A stretch of DNA of 63,527 nucleotides. Origin: Chiloscyllium plagiosum (taxonomy: Eukaryota). Under the pieces are notes generated by a model. The model searched no databases. It saw nothing but the letters and a program-made list of their open reading frames with translations, and was not told the origin of the DNA. The translations under genes and the position numbers were made by a program. Where the stretch lies: NCBI RefSeq assembly GCF_004010195.1, contig NC_057722.1, positions 55,834,436 through 55,897,962 on the forward strand, in the 5' to 3' direction. Of the stretch, positions 63,248 through 63,527 are shown piece by piece (position 1 is the stretch's first letter; each line of letters begins with the position of its first letter).

Positions 63248-63527
63248 TAGATTAGATTATTTACTGTGTGGAAACAGGCCCTTCGGCCCAGTAAGTCCAC
63301 ACCGACCCTCCAAAGAGCAACCCACCCAGACCCATTCCATAAGCCCATAAGACATAGGAGTGGAAGTAAGGCCATTCGGCCCATCGAGTCCACTCCGCCA
63401 TTTAATCATGGCTGATGGGCATTTCAACTCCACTTACCCACTTATAGTGGGCGGCACGGTGGCACAGTGGTTAGCACTGCTGCCTCGCAGCGCCAGAGAT
63501 CCGGGTTCAATTCCCGACTCAGGCGAC
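63248..63527. mobile_element. Cluster: SINE 3' fragment (-), CR1 3' tail (-), and start of an HE1/V-SINE (+, 63449 to window end)
   Basis: TAGATTAGATTA...GGAAACAGGCCCTTCGGCCC; CATAGGAGTGGAAGTAAGGCCATTCGGCCC; GGGCGGCACGGTGGCACAGTGGTTAGC. Confidence 0.8.

Overview
Vertebrate genomic DNA, almost certainly a shark: it carries HE1/V-SINE tRNA-derived SINEs and shark-type CR1 LINEs (carpet-shark affinity is a guess). It contains one 500-N scaffold gap. Gene content matches the human 3q29 neighbourhood. NCBP2 exon 1 (-) lies head-to-head with the intronless microprotein gene NCBP2AS2 (+). Next come TWO intact tandem copies of the GPI mannosyltransferase gene PIGZ (both -, 587 and 583 aa, same exon structure, each with its own CpG-rich promoter). 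After the gap is a TATA-driven signal-peptide exon on + (MRGPALWAVCVLVGIFNL, GC donor) that most likely starts melanotransferrin (MELTF). The rest is a nested transposon landscape: CR1, L2, Gypsy, a solo LTR, Tigger, Harbinger, Penelope-like elements and SINEs. The most unusual non-gene signal is a set of short, often palindromic retroposed elements with 10-16 bp target-site duplications that carry minimal hammerhead-ribozyme cores. One copy is a perfect 96-bp-arm hairpin, and its arm sequence matches the terminal repeat of a Penelope-like RT remnant in the same window. All calls were made by eye; no database searches were run.
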